A stretch of 64,000 bases of DNA from Candidatus Parcubacteria bacterium (GCA_018669975.1 JABHSK010000001.1:24394-88393), one strand, 5' to 3'; numbered from the stretch's first letter, positions 20,233 to 32,100 are shown. A program made the numbers and translations. Notes: generated from the sequence alone by a model not told the origin.

Positions 20233-20718
20233 TTATTTGTTTTTATATAAGTTTACTATCTTTTCAGCTTTAATCTTAGCCTCCCTTTCTAGATAGTGTG
20301 CATTTACTTGAGGAATAATTCGTAACCAATTTAATATCAAATCAAGCACCTGCCTTGTCTTTACTTTAGTCTGTTGCATTAAAGTAGAGATATTCATTAC
20401 AGTTTGCTCACCTTCTGCTTTAAATCTTGCCTGTGTAGCTACATCCATAGATAAAAAAGCCTTATCCATGTCCTCTGACAAAACTGCTTCTATTTTTTCA
20501 GGTGGCACCACACCCTGAACAATTGGCGCGGGAGCCTGAGTGGTACTTTCTGGCAAAACTACACTTGGTTGAGCAACCTCGGTTACCTGTTCAGTTATCT
20601 GCTCTGGGGCTTTTTCTGGCTTCTGCTCTTGAGCACCCTCTTGCTTAGGAGTTACTGGAGCTTGCTCGGGACTTGCCTGAGGAACTTCTATATTTGGTTG
20701 TGGGTTTATACCTTGCAT
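20233..20718 (-). CDS. Hypothetical protein with a Pro/Glu/Gln-rich low-complexity N-terminus.
   Basis: ORF, co-oriented and adjacent to the VirB4-like gene. Confidence 0.35.
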   Translation of the reverse strand: MQGINPQPNIEVPQASPEQAPVTPKQEGAQEQKPEKAPEQITEQVTEVAQPSVVLPESTTQAPAPIVQGVVPPEKIEAVLSEDMDKAFLSMDVATQARFKAEGEQTVMNISTLMQQTKVKTRQVLDLILNWLRIIPQVNAHYLEREAKIKAEKIVNLYKNK

Positions 20719-20755
20719 GGACTTATTATAACAGCTTTTAGTATTTTAGGTAAGT

Positions 20756-21220
20756 TTAAATATCACTAACAGCCTTTATTTTGTCAATTACTTGATCTCT
20801 ATTTTTAGTACCAGTTATATAAAATTTACGCTCGTTTACTAATAAACAAATATTATTAAGTCCGTGAGTAGAAATTTCTCTAATATTTTTTACTGAAACC
20901 GACCCTTCAGGTTTCCAATTTTGTTTATTTATAGCTTTTAAAAATAAAATTCGCCTATTGGTCAGTAAATAAACATTATTTTTTGATATTAGTTGTCTGG
21001 CTAATACAAAAATCAAAACTATTACCAAAGTCAGCCATAACCAAATGCCCTGCCGCCCAGCGTGCCACATAGGAAAAAGCATAAAAAAAGCCAGGATCAA
21101 GAGAATAAAAATAAAATAAACCTTGTATGCCTGGTTATTTATCCGAATGACATATTTTAGCTCTTCCTTATTATTCAAAAATTTGCTAAAATTATTCATG
21201 TTATGAAAAGAAAAACTCAA
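20756..21220 (-). CDS. Membrane protein with a bacterial PH (bPH_2/YdbS-like) domain.
   Basis: TM helices followed by the YLLTNRRILF motif typical of bPH_2. Confidence 0.45.
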   Translation of the reverse strand: MSFSFHNMNNFSKFLNNKEELKYVIRINNQAYKVYFIFILLILAFFMLFPMWHAGRQGIWLWLTLVIVLIFVLARQLISKNNVYLLTNRRILFLKAINKQNWKPEGSVSVKNIREISTHGLNNICLLVNERKFYITGTKNRDQVIDKIKAVSDI

Positions 21221-21299
21221 AAAATACTTTGGACCATAGTGTCCATATTCATCATACTGTCTATGATACTTTGGACAGTAGGTATTGCTTATAGTTAAT

Positions 21300-23066
21300 T
21301 TAACGTTTAAGAACTGCTAAATAAGCTTCCTGGGGAATTTCAACTTTTCCAGCTTTACCCATTCTTTTTTTACCTTTTTTCTGCTTTTCTAAAAGCTTTC
21401 TTTTTCTGGTTACGTCACCACCATATAACTTGGCAGTTACATCTTTACGTAAAGCAGGAATTCTTTCAGAGGCTACAATTTTTCCACCTATAGCTGCTTG
21501 TAATTTTATTACAAATTGACTTCGAGGTAGCACCTCTTTTAATTTTTTAACAATAGCCTTACCAACTCTATGTGCTTGATCTCTATAGACTAAACTAGTC
21601 AGAGCTTCTGTGGGGTGTTCAGCTACCAAAATATCCATTTTAACTAAGTCACACTTTCGATAATCAGCAAAATCATAATTAAGAGATGCGTATCCTGATG
21701 ATACGCTTTTTATTTTATCGTAAAAGTCTACTAAAATGCTAGCTAGGGGTATGCTATAGCGTAAAATAAGTCGGTTCTCGTCTATATATTCAGTGTCTTT
21801 GGAAATACCATTCTTCTCAACAATATAAGACATCAAACCGCCAACATATTCTTTTGGAGTAACTACTTCGATATCCATAAACGGCTCTTCAATGTAGTCA
21901 ATATGACTTTGATCTGGCATGTCTGCTGGTGAAGTTAATGCTTTTTGTTCTCCATTTTGTAAATACAATTTATAGGCAACCGTTGGTGTGGTTACTATTA
22001 ATTCTAAATTAAACTCGCGACTTAATCTTTCCTGAAAAATTTCTAAGTGTAATAAACCTAGAAAACCACAACGGTAACCAAAGCCTAGGGCCTGAGAGCT
22101 AGCTGGCTCAAAGACTAAACTAGAATCACTGAGCTTTAATTTTAAAATAGCTTCACGTAGTCTTTGGTAATCGTTACCTTCTTGAGGAAAAATACCAGCA
22201 TAGACCATGGGCTTAATAGCCTTGTAACCAGGCAAGGATGCTGTATCACTTCCTTTTTGCACAATAGTATCTCCGACTTGGGCTTTTTCTAAATTTTTAA
22301 TACCTGTCACTAAATAACCCGTTTCACCATTTTCTAATTTACCTGAACTAACCCAATGTGGTTTAAAAAAACCAACATCTAAAACTTCACTCTCTTCGCC
22401 TGTAGCTATAAACTTAATTTTATCTCCCTTGATAATAGAACCACCAAAAACACGAACATAAATTACTACACCTCGATACTCATCATAGGTAGAGTCAAAA
22501 ATCAAAGCTTGTAACTTTTCATTTTTACTCTTGGGTGCTGGCACTTTATCAATTATGGCTTGTAGAATATCTTCTACTCCCTGTCCAGTCTTGGCAGAGG
22601 TCATTAGTATGTCTTCTTTTTTACAACCTAGTAAATTTACTATTTCCTTACTGACTTTTCCTACATCAGCAGCTGGCAAATCTATTTTATTTATAACTGG
22701 AATAATTTCTAAATTTTGCTCCATAGCTAAATATAAATTAGCCAAAGTCTGCGCCTCTATGCCTTGCGTGGCGTCTATCAACAAAATAGCTCCTTCAACG
22801 GCAGCTAGAGATCTTGATACCTCGTAGGTAAAATCTACATGACCAGGAGTGTCAATTAAATTTAAAATAAAGCCATGCCATTCCATTCTGGCTGGCTGTA
22901 GTTTGATAGTTATACCACGCTCTCTCTCTAGTTCCATTTGATCTAACAACTGTTCTTTCATCTTGCGTTTCTCCACTGTTTTAGTCACCTCTAACATTCT
23001 ATCTGCTAGGGTAGACTTGCCGTGATCAATATGAGCAATGATACAGAAATTTCTTAGTTTATTCAT
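21300..23066 (-). CDS. lepA: Elongation factor 4 (LepA).
   Basis: NFCIIAHIDHGKSTLADR, DTPGHVDF, and the LepA-specific C-terminal domain. Confidence 0.9.
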   Translation of the reverse strand: MNKLRNFCIIAHIDHGKSTLADRMLEVTKTVEKRKMKEQLLDQMELERERGITIKLQPARMEWHGFILNLIDTPGHVDFTYEVSRSLAAVEGAILLIDATQGIEAQTLANLYLAMEQNLEIIPVINKIDLPAADVGKVSKEIVNLLGCKKEDILMTSAKTGQGVEDILQAIIDKVPAPKSKNEKLQALIFDSTYDEYRGVVIYVRVFGGSIIKGDKIKFIATGEESEVLDVGFFKPHWVSSGKLENGETGYLVTGIKNLEKAQVGDTIVQKGSDTASLPGYKAIKPMVYAGIFPQEGNDYQRLREAILKLKLSDSSLVFEPASSQALGFGYRCGFLGLLHLEIFQERLSREFNLELIVTTPTVAYKLYLQNGEQKALTSPADMPDQSHIDYIEEPFMDIEVVTPKEYVGGLMSYIVEKNGISKDTEYIDENRLILRYSIPLASILVDFYDKIKSVSSGYASLNYDFADYRKCDLVKMDILVAEHPTEALTSLVYRDQAHRVGKAIVKKLKEVLPRSQFVIKLQAAIGGKIVASERIPALRKDVTAKLYGGDVTRKRKLLEKQKKGKKRMGKAGKVEIPQEAYLAVLKR

Positions 23067-23070
23067 AACC

Positions 23071-24657
23071 TTAACTTTTGCCGTTCTTAAACAGCAATAA
23101 TGACTTTTTTAACATTCTTTTTACTATATCTATTTCTTCAAGTTTAAATACTATACCTAAAATAAGATAAGCTAGCAAGCCCGCTAGGCCTGCCCCAAAT
23201 CCCTGAATAAAAATACCCCAGCCAGTATACATATCAACAAATTTAGATAAGATATGTAGCACAGCATAGGCCACGTAGCCAGCTAATAAAGCATTAACTG
23301 CTATCTTGTTCAAGGAATTGAGTATCTTAGCATGATCGATGTTTTGAACACGAAAATGTAACACAATATATAACAAAAACATATTAATGATACTGGATAT
23401 TGAAAAAGCTAAACCTAGGCCGACAACACCCATGTTTTTAGATAATAACCAAGATAATATAATATTAATTAATATACTAAAAATACTAATGCTCATCGGT
23501 GTCTTAGTGTCTTCATGGGCATAAAAAGATCTAGCCAATAGTGGGATTAATCCTTGAGCAAATATAGACAGTGCAAAAAATCCCAAAGTTTGAGCCGTAT
23601 AATAGGTGTTGTTCCAATCAAATGCACCTGTGCCCAGAATAACCCTGACAATTTGTGCCCTTAATACAACGGTTAATATAGAAATTGGCACCAACAAAAA
23701 TAAAATTCTACGTAAACTAATAGAAAAATTTACTGCAAAAAGCTGTTCATTTTTTTCACTAACAGCTTGAGTGAAGGTTGGAAAAACAGCCACTGCCAAA
23801 GATACTGCAAATAAACTAATCGGTAGACTCTGAAGATTGTTAGCTAAATTAAACACGGCAATACTACCAACTGACAAAGTAGATGCAATCATAGTAATGG
23901 CTACTAAATTTATTTGCCCAGCAGCTAAACCAATGGTTCGGGGCAGCATTAATTTAAGTACTCGCCGAAGCTTTTTATCAAAACGTAAATTAAAATTATA
24001 ACGCCAACCATTTTTCATTACTTCCGGTAATTGTACCAACAAATGCATGACTGCTCCTATAAACACACCCCAGGCTAAACCAACTAGTCCAAATATAGGA
24101 TAGAAAAGTACAATACCAATGATAATACCAATATTATAAAAACTGGCGGCCATAGAAAAACTAAAAAACTTTTTCCAAGAATTAAGAATGCCACCAATAA
24201 GGTTTGAGGCAACGAAGAATATAATAGCCAACAACATAACCCTAGTTAGCGAGCCAGTTTGTTCTAATTGCCACTGACTAAAACCTGGGGTCAGATAAGG
24301 CATTATCTGTGGCGTAAAAATAAAAGCTACAACAACTAGAGCTCCAATAAATATTAAAAGGAAGTTTAAAACTGAGTTGGCTAATATTAAACCATCTTTT
24401 TTATCTTTCAGCCAGGCTTTTTGAAACACAGGAATAAAAGCTGAAGTTAAAGCGCCTAACACCAAAGTATTAAAAATTAAATCTGGCAAACGAAAAGAAG
24501 CATAATAAATATCTGATAATTCACTGGCACCAAAATTATGGGCAATCATCCTCTCTCTTAGCAAACCAAATAATTTGGACAAAAATGAAAAGAAGGCGAT
24601 TAAAAAAGCACCTCCTGTGACTGAATTATTTATTTTGAACCACAATTTATGCCACAT
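23071..24657 (-). CDS. murJ: Lipid II flippase MurJ (MviN family).
   Basis: About 14 TM segments and the MurJ N-terminal pattern (A..V...S.LSKLFGLLRE). Confidence 0.75.
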   Translation of the reverse strand: MWHKLWFKINNSVTGGAFLIAFFSFLSKLFGLLRERMIAHNFGASELSDIYYASFRLPDLIFNTLVLGALTSAFIPVFQKAWLKDKKDGLILANSVLNFLLIFIGALVVVAFIFTPQIMPYLTPGFSQWQLEQTGSLTRVMLLAIIFFVASNLIGGILNSWKKFFSFSMAASFYNIGIIIGIVLFYPIFGLVGLAWGVFIGAVMHLLVQLPEVMKNGWRYNFNLRFDKKLRRVLKLMLPRTIGLAAGQINLVAITMIASTLSVGSIAVFNLANNLQSLPISLFAVSLAVAVFPTFTQAVSEKNEQLFAVNFSISLRRILFLLVPISILTVVLRAQIVRVILGTGAFDWNNTYYTAQTLGFFALSIFAQGLIPLLARSFYAHEDTKTPMSISIFSILINIILSWLLSKNMGVVGLGLAFSISSIINMFLLYIVLHFRVQNIDHAKILNSLNKIAVNALLAGYVAYAVLHILSKFVDMYTGWGIFIQGFGAGLAGLLAYLILGIVFKLEEIDIVKRMLKKSLLLFKNGKS

Positions 24658-24663
24658 GGTATT

Positions 24664-27288
24664 TTATTTTGTTGCTACAATAAATCCAAAGTACTGATCA
24701 CGATTTAACTGTTCACTATAGGTAACTAAGTTTTCAGTGATGCCTACATTATCTTCATTGTAAGCGTTCTTCCAAACAACTTTTAAATTATCTGGCACTA
24801 GAATTGAAGAGTTAAAGACAGTATTTTTACTTCCAGATTGAGACTGCACCAATAAACTATAATTATCTAGCTGTAAGTCATACTGAAAAATATTTTGTAC
24901 CCAGTTGTTAACTAAAGGATCACTTAAATCTAACCTAAAAGGTAGTTTATACTTAACTAGAGCTGTCTGACTCTCACCTGGTTTGAGAGCTATCCAATTG
25001 GCAAAAACAGTTTTATCTAAACTTTGGTAAATTTCAGTGTTTGAATTCATATCCACCATCTTTTCTTCCTCTTTAGCAACATCAACATCCAATTGAGCAC
25101 CAGGCGCAGCAGTATTGAAATATGAATCTGGCAAACGATCAAAACCAATTGCTTCTATAAATTCGCTACCCAGAGGCACGTGTACACGAACATAGCTTAC
25201 GTTGCCGCCCTCTATGCCGGCAAAAGGATTTTCTAGTGGTCCCCTGTTGATTCTAGTGATCTTTACTGTATTAATGATTTCACCATTAACGTTTATTTCT
25301 GCTTGATGATCTATGGTTTGATAAATGTCATTGTCTGTCTTGCCGCCAGCAATATTGGTATTAATAACACTTAGGTAGTCCTTATCGCTAGTCATGATTT
25401 TTCCTGACCAACCAAAGTCATTAATCCTACTTTGAATTTCTTGATTAGTAGAATACAACTGAATATCTTTACTGGCTAACATGCCAGCAAATACAGCAAT
25501 GATATCTTTTTGTTTTTCTTGATTAGTCAACAATTTTTCTAAAACCTTAGGAACTAAATCAGAAATAATTGCCTTGGGTTTATTTTCTTCTTGATCATAA
25601 TTAAGCTCAACTTCATCCTGCAAAACAGCGTACAAATTATCAGCGCTGATAGTAACACCATACTCTTCCATGGTGATTGGTCCTATCACTAACAATAATT
25701 CTCTTAACACCTCGGCATTAATAGCAATTACACCATTGATGGAAGTGCCACTGGCATTTTCATACATGTTACCAATTTTCTCAGCAGAACTAGGAAAATC
25801 TGCCCACCAATTTGCATCCCAAATATTAAAATATGGATTAATTAAAGATAAAGCCTGCGGTGCTTTGTATTTTATAACTTGACCAGCGTCAAGATCATAG
25901 GAGCCTCCTTTGGGTGTTTCTATATTATTTATATTACCCTGATAAACATCAAACATTGAAATGCTACCAATAAACCCCCCGGTAGCTCTTAATTCGTTAT
26001 TGTTTTGGAAAAGTACTAGATATCTTTTTTCGGTATCATGCCCTAGCATATCTAATAGCAAAGTAAAAATATTATTTAAACTATGTAGATTTTCAACTGT
26101 GGCTGGCAAATAAGTTTTTAGATCTTCAAACTGTGGCCTTAAATTACTAGGTAAAGAATTAGTAGAAATACTAAATAAATCTTCTTCAGCTTTTTCTAAA
26201 TAAGGCAGCACATCCTCTATCTGCTGATTTATAAAAACAATATACTCTGTTAAGTTTTCTTCTGATTGTATCTTTTGGTTCAAAATAGTAGCCGCCTGTG
26301 AAATATTAGTTGCTACTGTCAACATATTTCTGCTCAATGACAATGGTTTACCAACTACTGGTAATATAGATGCCACATTCAAAGACCACTCTTGATGCTG
26401 ATTAAGCACGGCCTGAGCCTGGCTAAAATCATCCAAAGCTTTTGTAAAGTCTTCTTGTGCTACTTGGTATGAATTTTCTGAAGCTGAAATAACACCAGCT
26501 TGTAAGTTGATTAAACCACTTTGGCCAAAATTCCACACCTTGTCTTTGTCATCTTGAATTTTACCAAATAATACTAGGCCCCTAATAGGTAATAATATTA
26601 CTGCTAAAATTAAACCAAACACCAGAGCCTTGTTAGCAGCTGGAACCAAGCCTAAAGGTTGCCATTTAAACCCTTTGGGTAAACTTATATTTAAACGCGG
26701 TGTATGTTTAGGAAAATATAATTTTTCTTCACTATCGATCACCTCTTCATGCTTTATAACTGCTGGCACTATTGGCTGATTGGCTGGCTGGCTGATTTTG
26801 GTTGGTTGTTTTTTTACTTGAACTTGAGATAGTCTATTTTTCAAACCCAACTTAAACCGTGATGTCTTACTTGGTTGCTGAGCATAAGTCCTTTTGACCT
26901 TACTAAGATCTAAAACATGACTTGATTTAAAAATTTCTTTATCTGATATTTCCTTAGCAAGAGCTTTCTTAACGACATGTTTTTTCTTGAGCTTAACTGT
27001 TTTCTTAATAACAGTTTTTGATTTAAGTGTAGGTTTGGTTTTAGCAACCAATTTGGCTGGTGTAGCTACTTTTTCTTTTACAACCTCTTTTTTTATACTG
27101 GTTAATATTTTATTGTATGACAAATCCTGCCTTATCAATTTATCTAGTTCGCCCAGAGCCTTAACTTTTTCTTTTTGCCTCTCTACAGGAGACTCTTCAC
27201 TATCCAAAAGAAATTGATCAAGGTCATCAATCAAATCTTTTTTGAGCTCCTTTAGGTTGGATTTTTTTATTTTTCGAGTCTTTGACAT
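24664..27288 (-). CDS. Large membrane-anchored extracytoplasmic protein, DUF4012-like; co-located with the envelope-glycan gene cluster.
   Basis: Lys-rich N-terminus, one TM helix, and a motif NNNELRATGGFIGS reminiscent of DUF4012. Confidence 0.4.
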   Translation of the reverse strand: MSKTRKIKKSNLKELKKDLIDDLDQFLLDSEESPVERQKEKVKALGELDKLIRQDLSYNKILTSIKKEVVKEKVATPAKLVAKTKPTLKSKTVIKKTVKLKKKHVVKKALAKEISDKEIFKSSHVLDLSKVKRTYAQQPSKTSRFKLGLKNRLSQVQVKKQPTKISQPANQPIVPAVIKHEEVIDSEEKLYFPKHTPRLNISLPKGFKWQPLGLVPAANKALVFGLILAVILLPIRGLVLFGKIQDDKDKVWNFGQSGLINLQAGVISASENSYQVAQEDFTKALDDFSQAQAVLNQHQEWSLNVASILPVVGKPLSLSRNMLTVATNISQAATILNQKIQSEENLTEYIVFINQQIEDVLPYLEKAEEDLFSISTNSLPSNLRPQFEDLKTYLPATVENLHSLNNIFTLLLDMLGHDTEKRYLVLFQNNNELRATGGFIGSISMFDVYQGNINNIETPKGGSYDLDAGQVIKYKAPQALSLINPYFNIWDANWWADFPSSAEKIGNMYENASGTSINGVIAINAEVLRELLLVIGPITMEEYGVTISADNLYAVLQDEVELNYDQEENKPKAIISDLVPKVLEKLLTNQEKQKDIIAVFAGMLASKDIQLYSTNQEIQSRINDFGWSGKIMTSDKDYLSVINTNIAGGKTDNDIYQTIDHQAEINVNGEIINTVKITRINRGPLENPFAGIEGGNVSYVRVHVPLGSEFIEAIGFDRLPDSYFNTAAPGAQLDVDVAKEEEKMVDMNSNTEIYQSLDKTVFANWIALKPGESQTALVKYKLPFRLDLSDPLVNNWVQNIFQYDLQLDNYSLLVQSQSGSKNTVFNSSILVPDNLKVVWKNAYNEDNVGITENLVTYSEQLNRDQYFGFIVATK

Positions 27289-27362
27289 TGACTATATTAT
27301 AACAGGTTTTGTTTTAAAAACAAAATAAAAACCACTGTTAAACTTGCACTCATAACAATGGC

Positions 27363-28454
27363 TTATTGTTTATTATAAATTTCTAATATTTCTCGTGCCA
27401 TCTTGCTCCAAGAATACTTTTTTATCTGCTCTTGTCCAGCCTGGATTAAACTATCTCTTAATTTTTCATCCTCTATAATTTCTGACATTAGACACAACAA
27501 CTTCTCTCTATCGTCTGGATTAAAATATTTAGCAGCTTTTCCCAATACTTCTGGCATAGGACCAGAGTTACTAGATAAAACTGGTAGTTTGTGTACCATA
27601 GCCTCTAGTGGTGGTAAACCAAAGCCTTCATATTTTGAAGGAAATATATATGCCTTGGCAGATTTATAATAGCTGGCTAAATCTTTATCTGATACAAAGC
27701 CAGGAAAAATTAAATTTGGGATGCTGGCAAATTTTTTAACTAGACGATTATAAAAATAATCCTTTTTGCCAACCAATATCAAATGATAACTGGGATGTTT
27801 TTCAAGAAACAATTTAAAAACTTCTATCAACCACTCTAAGTTCTTATGCGGATAAGCATTGCCCACATAAATAAAAAACTTGTTAGGAAGTTTAATGTCG
27901 GGGTTAGCTTGACCATTACTAACAGTCACCCCTTCATAGACTACCTTTATTTTGTTGGCCTGGGTTTCGTTTAGCTTAAAGTATTTTTTAATATCCTGAG
28001 CTGTAAAATCAGATACCGCAATTACACGCTGAGCTCTTTTGATAGCATGCTTAATGACTTTTTCATACATTCCATATTTAAACTTGAAACCAAATTTACT
28101 CAAAGTACTAGCTCGACGACTAGGAAATTTAGTCATAATCAAATCATGGATAGTAACAACAAATTTGCCTCTATATAAAATTGGCACATTAAAATGTGGG
28201 AAGTGCACTAAGTCTGGATTAATCTCACGTAGAATCGCTGGTAAAACTATTTGTTCTTTGAGGCCATACCAATGACAGTCAACGATTTGTATTTTAAAAT
28301 TATTAGGTAAATTTAGATTCTCAGGTGCTTCCTTAAATAACAAAACGTATTGATTGTCTTGATCAATCTTAACTAGCTCCTCTAACAATTTTTGATTGTA
28401 GCGACCTATACCAAAACTTGGGCCGTACATTCTTAAATCAATAACTATTTTCAT
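27363..28454 (-). CDS. Glycosyltransferase family 4 (GT-B).
   Basis: C-terminal GT4 pattern (SKYEGFGLPPLEAM). Confidence 0.7.
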   Translation of the reverse strand: MKIVIDLRMYGPSFGIGRYNQKLLEELVKIDQDNQYVLLFKEAPENLNLPNNFKIQIVDCHWYGLKEQIVLPAILREINPDLVHFPHFNVPILYRGKFVVTIHDLIMTKFPSRRASTLSKFGFKFKYGMYEKVIKHAIKRAQRVIAVSDFTAQDIKKYFKLNETQANKIKVVYEGVTVSNGQANPDIKLPNKFFIYVGNAYPHKNLEWLIEVFKLFLEKHPSYHLILVGKKDYFYNRLVKKFASIPNLIFPGFVSDKDLASYYKSAKAYIFPSKYEGFGLPPLEAMVHKLPVLSSNSGPMPEVLGKAAKYFNPDDREKLLCLMSEIIEDEKLRDSLIQAGQEQIKKYSWSKMAREILEIYNKQ

Positions 28455-28456
28455 GA

Positions 28457-29578
28457 CTATTGTTTAAAACTACTGAATAATTTTATCATCTTAGCGGCTT
28501 GTTTGTCCCACTTAGGTACTTTAAATTTTTTAGCAGAATTTTGCAAATCCTTAACTAGCTGCTCATCCTTAGTTAAAGCCTTTAAAGTTTGATAAATGTC
28601 CGAAATGTTATATGGATCCACATACAAAGCCTGCTGTTGCATAATCTCCGGTAATGACGTCTTGTAACTCACTATCACTGGTTTTTTATGCCAAGTAGCT
28701 TCCATGGGTGGAAAACCAAAACCTTCATAAAATGAAGGCCAAATTAAGCCTTGACTAAGATGATAAAGAGCGTCTTTAGTCGGACTTAGCACATAACCTA
28801 AATAACGCACATATTTACGACGACCAATATCACGTAAAATATTTCTATAAACCCAGCCCTTGCTACCAACTATTACTAATTCTGTTTCTGGATAATCATG
28901 ATGATATCTATCAAAAGCCTTAATAACGCTGCTAATGTTTTTACGTGGTTCTAAAGTACCTACATAAATAAAATATTTTTTGTTTAGTTTAAATTTAGCA
29001 GTCAACAATTTAGCATGATCATCATCCATGGCCACAGTAGTAACTCCTGGATTGATCACTTCTATTTTTTCCTCTGGTACTGTAAAAAATCTAACAATAT
29101 CGCGCTTAGTATTACCGGAAACTGCAATTATTTTAGAAGATTGATTGATTAATTTACCGACATTTACTAACTTGTGCCAATATCTTCTTTTAAGAGAATA
29201 AAATTCACGGCTATGCAAAAAAGATAAATCATGCACCGTCAAAATAGTAGGTGTGTTTTTATTAAAACGAAAAAAATTAATATTTGGCAACCAAAATAAA
29301 TCTAGTTTAACTGGAATCTTTTTTATTAAATCAGGACCAAAGCCAGAAGCCAAACTACTATTTAATAGTTTATTTGAAAAACGCCAATGAACATGTTTAA
29401 CATTAGGAGCGTTTAAACTGTCTAAAACATCTATACCACTCTTTAAGCCTGAGCTAAGAAGATAGTAAGTGTTTTCTTTATCTTGTTTAATTATATTATC
29501 AACAGCATTAACAATGTAATTGCCAATTCCAGTCAGGCTTTTAGCTGATAATGCTCGAATGTCAATTCCTATGTTCAT
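28457..29578 (-). CDS. Glycosyltransferase family 4.
   Basis: SFYEGFGFPPMEA motif. Confidence 0.7.
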   Translation of the reverse strand: MNIGIDIRALSAKSLTGIGNYIVNAVDNIIKQDKENTYYLLSSGLKSGIDVLDSLNAPNVKHVHWRFSNKLLNSSLASGFGPDLIKKIPVKLDLFWLPNINFFRFNKNTPTILTVHDLSFLHSREFYSLKRRYWHKLVNVGKLINQSSKIIAVSGNTKRDIVRFFTVPEEKIEVINPGVTTVAMDDDHAKLLTAKFKLNKKYFIYVGTLEPRKNISSVIKAFDRYHHDYPETELVIVGSKGWVYRNILRDIGRRKYVRYLGYVLSPTKDALYHLSQGLIWPSFYEGFGFPPMEATWHKKPVIVSYKTSLPEIMQQQALYVDPYNISDIYQTLKALTKDEQLVKDLQNSAKKFKVPKWDKQAAKMIKLFSSFKQ

Positions 29579-30657
29579 ATTGTATTAATAAAATCTAGTA
29601 ATTTTTGCTTAAAAATACTTTCATCAAATTTTTTAGCATGCTGACGTATAACACCTGAATCAAAATTTTGTTCTTCAAAACGTAAAACTTTATGTGCCAA
29701 TGACTCCCAGGTCTGCTCATCAAAAAATACACCTGTAACACCATCAACTACAGTCTCTAGGGCACCACCCTGGGCAAAAGCAATCACTGGCCTACCTGAT
29801 GACATGGCTTCCAAAGCAGTAATACCAAAATCTTCTATCTGCGGATAAATGAAAGCTTTGCAACGAGATAAATATTTATTCCTGGCTTCGTCTGGTAATT
29901 CACCTAAAAACTCTATATTGGAATGTGCCATTCTTTTTAAGCGTCGTAATTCTGAGCCACCGCCAATAATTTTAAGTGGTAATTTAAGGTTATTAAACGC
30001 CTTAACAGCCAAGTCTACCTTTTTATATGGCCTCAGACGACTAACAATTAAATAATAATCCTCTATCTCTTCGCTAACCTGAAAATTATTTACTTTTACT
30101 GGTGGGTGTATAACAGTGGATGCACGCCGGTAATGCTTACTAATTTTATCAGCGATGAACTTAGAGTTAGCTATAAAATGATCTACTTGCTGAGATTTGT
30201 CATAATCCCAAACCTGTAAACGATCTAATAATCTAGGTAAAAATAATTTTAAAAATCGACCCTCTGGTAGATTACCGATGTATTCCTCCTTATCATCCCA
30301 TAAATATCTAGTTGGCGCATGACAATAGCATACATGAACAGTATCTTTGCTAATGTTAACACCTTTAACAAAAGCAGATGATGAGCTAAGCACCAAATCA
30401 TAATCACTCAGGTCTGTTTTTTCCCACAACTTGGGCATCACTGCCAAAAAATATTTAAATAATTGTGAAATAGCAGGAAATTTTTGTAGTGGTGAAGTAA
30501 CTATTCTACTTTGATCTAAAATATCTTTACTAATTTTAGAATCATTTATCAAAGTAAAAATCGGCGCCTCTTTATTAAGATCTGATAATATTACCAAAAC
30601 TCTTTCCGCGCCGCCTATCTGGAATAAATGATCATGTGCCAAAGCAACTTTTTTCAT
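29575..30657 (-). CDS. Glycosyltransferase family 4.
   Basis: EDFGITALEAMSSGRPVI motif. Confidence 0.7.
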   Translation of the reverse strand: MKKVALAHDHLFQIGGAERVLVILSDLNKEAPIFTLINDSKISKDILDQSRIVTSPLQKFPAISQLFKYFLAVMPKLWEKTDLSDYDLVLSSSSAFVKGVNISKDTVHVCYCHAPTRYLWDDKEEYIGNLPEGRFLKLFLPRLLDRLQVWDYDKSQQVDHFIANSKFIADKISKHYRRASTVIHPPVKVNNFQVSEEIEDYYLIVSRLRPYKKVDLAVKAFNNLKLPLKIIGGGSELRRLKRMAHSNIEFLGELPDEARNKYLSRCKAFIYPQIEDFGITALEAMSSGRPVIAFAQGGALETVVDGVTGVFFDEQTWESLAHKVLRFEEQNFDSGVIRQHAKKFDESIFKQKLLDFINTI

Positions 30658-30660
30658 AAA

Positions 30661-32052
30661 TTAGCAAGCCTCGTCATTTCTAAATAAAGCTCTAGGTGTT
30701 TTTAAAAGAATAATTAGATCCAAGAGCATTGACCAATTTTCTATATAAAAAATATCAAGTTTAGCTTCTTCTGCAAAAGCTAAATTTGACCGTCCTGATA
30801 CTTGAGCCATACCTGTTATGCCTGGCTTTATAGTTAGTAGTTTTTTATAACCACGCTGATACTTAGATACCTCTTCTGGTTCATGAGGCCTAGGTCCAAC
30901 TAAACTCATCTGTCCTCGCAAAACATTAAATAATTGTGGCAGTTCATCAAGGCTAGTGCGTCGTAACCAGCGACCAAATTTTGTTACCCGTGGGTCATTC
31001 TTCATTTTAAATAATGGACCATCATGCCTCTCATTATTCTCCATTATTTCTTGTTTCATTTTATGAGCGTCTTTAACCATGGAACGGAATTTGTACATTT
31101 TAAAAACCTTTCCCTTTATACCGACACGTGACAGGCTGACAAAAATTTGTCCCTTAGAAGTACTTTTAACCAAAATACCTAGCACTAAAAATAAAGGTGA
31201 TAAAATAATTACCAATAATACTGATCCGACAATATCAAAAAAACCTTTGGCTACCCGTCTCCAACCATCTAAAGGCGTACCCTGTATCTCAATAATTGGT
31301 AAGCCAGCTACACTACTAAAATTTAAATTTAAACTATGTGCTTGAAAAAGACTAGCTGCGTACTGAAGTGACAATTGATTTTCTTGACAAAAAGTGAGTA
31401 GGTTTAAAGCATTCTCTTTAGAGATTGAGGAATCAGTTTGAATAATGTTATCAATTTTCCGTTTGTTTATTTTTTCTAAAATATCTCCATTATTTTTTAG
31501 CTCTTCAAGGTCGTCGAATTGAGCAAATACTTTAAATCCAAATTGTGGATTATTTTTATATTCGTCAATAACTAGTTGTCGGTTGCTATCCCTACCCAAA
31601 ACTACAATATTAGCTAAACCGTGCCCACTTTTAAAAAAATAATTTCTAATTATTACAATAATAATTCGACTGATAAATAAATATGCAATTGCTAAAACCC
31701 ACGCCAAGATAATAACAAAACGTGAAGAAAACAATTCTCTTTGCATGAAAATAGCCAGAATTAAAATAACAAAAACTGTAGAAACTCCACTGATTATTCT
31801 TGGTAATTCTCTGGCCAATTTTTTGTTGTCCATTCTATAAAAACCGCTCACAGCAAATACCAAAATAGCAAAAACAGCCACTCTAACAACTAGCGTTAAA
31901 TAATCGCTAAAAAGCATCTCATAAAAAACAGGCCTGATCTCAACTATACTGCTAGAAAACCTTAAATAATAAGCAGAAATTCCTGCTAATGTTAGCAGAA
32001 CAAAATCTATAGGAACCAAAACGATATTTGTAATAAAATCGGCTTTTTTCAT
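30661..32052 (-). CDS. Undecaprenyl-phosphate sugar phosphotransferase (WbaP/CpsE-like bacterial sugar transferase).
   Basis: Multiple N-terminal TM helices. The C-terminus carries KMYKFRSM...[21 protein letters not shown]. Confidence 0.8.
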   Translation of the reverse strand: MKKADFITNIVLVPIDFVLLTLAGISAYYLRFSSSIVEIRPVFYEMLFSDYLTLVVRVAVFAILVFAVSGFYRMDNKKLARELPRIISGVSTVFVILILAIFMQRELFSSRFVIILAWVLAIAYLFISRIIIVIIRNYFFKSGHGLANIVVLGRDSNRQLVIDEYKNNPQFGFKVFAQFDDLEELKNNGDILEKINKRKIDNIIQTDSSISKENALNLLTFCQENQLSLQYAASLFQAHSLNLNFSSVAGLPIIEIQGTPLDGWRRVAKGFFDIVGSVLLVIILSPLFLVLGILVKSTSKGQIFVSLSRVGIKGKVFKMYKFRSMVKDAHKMKQEIMENNERHDGPLFKMKNDPRVTKFGRWLRRTSLDELPQLFNVLRGQMSLVGPRPHEPEEVSKYQRGYKKLLTIKPGITGMAQVSGRSNLAFAEEAKLDIFYIENWSMLLDLIILLKTPRALFRNDEAC

Positions 32053-32100
32053 AGTACCATTATCATATCACTTCGTATTTATTTAGTAAATATCACATTC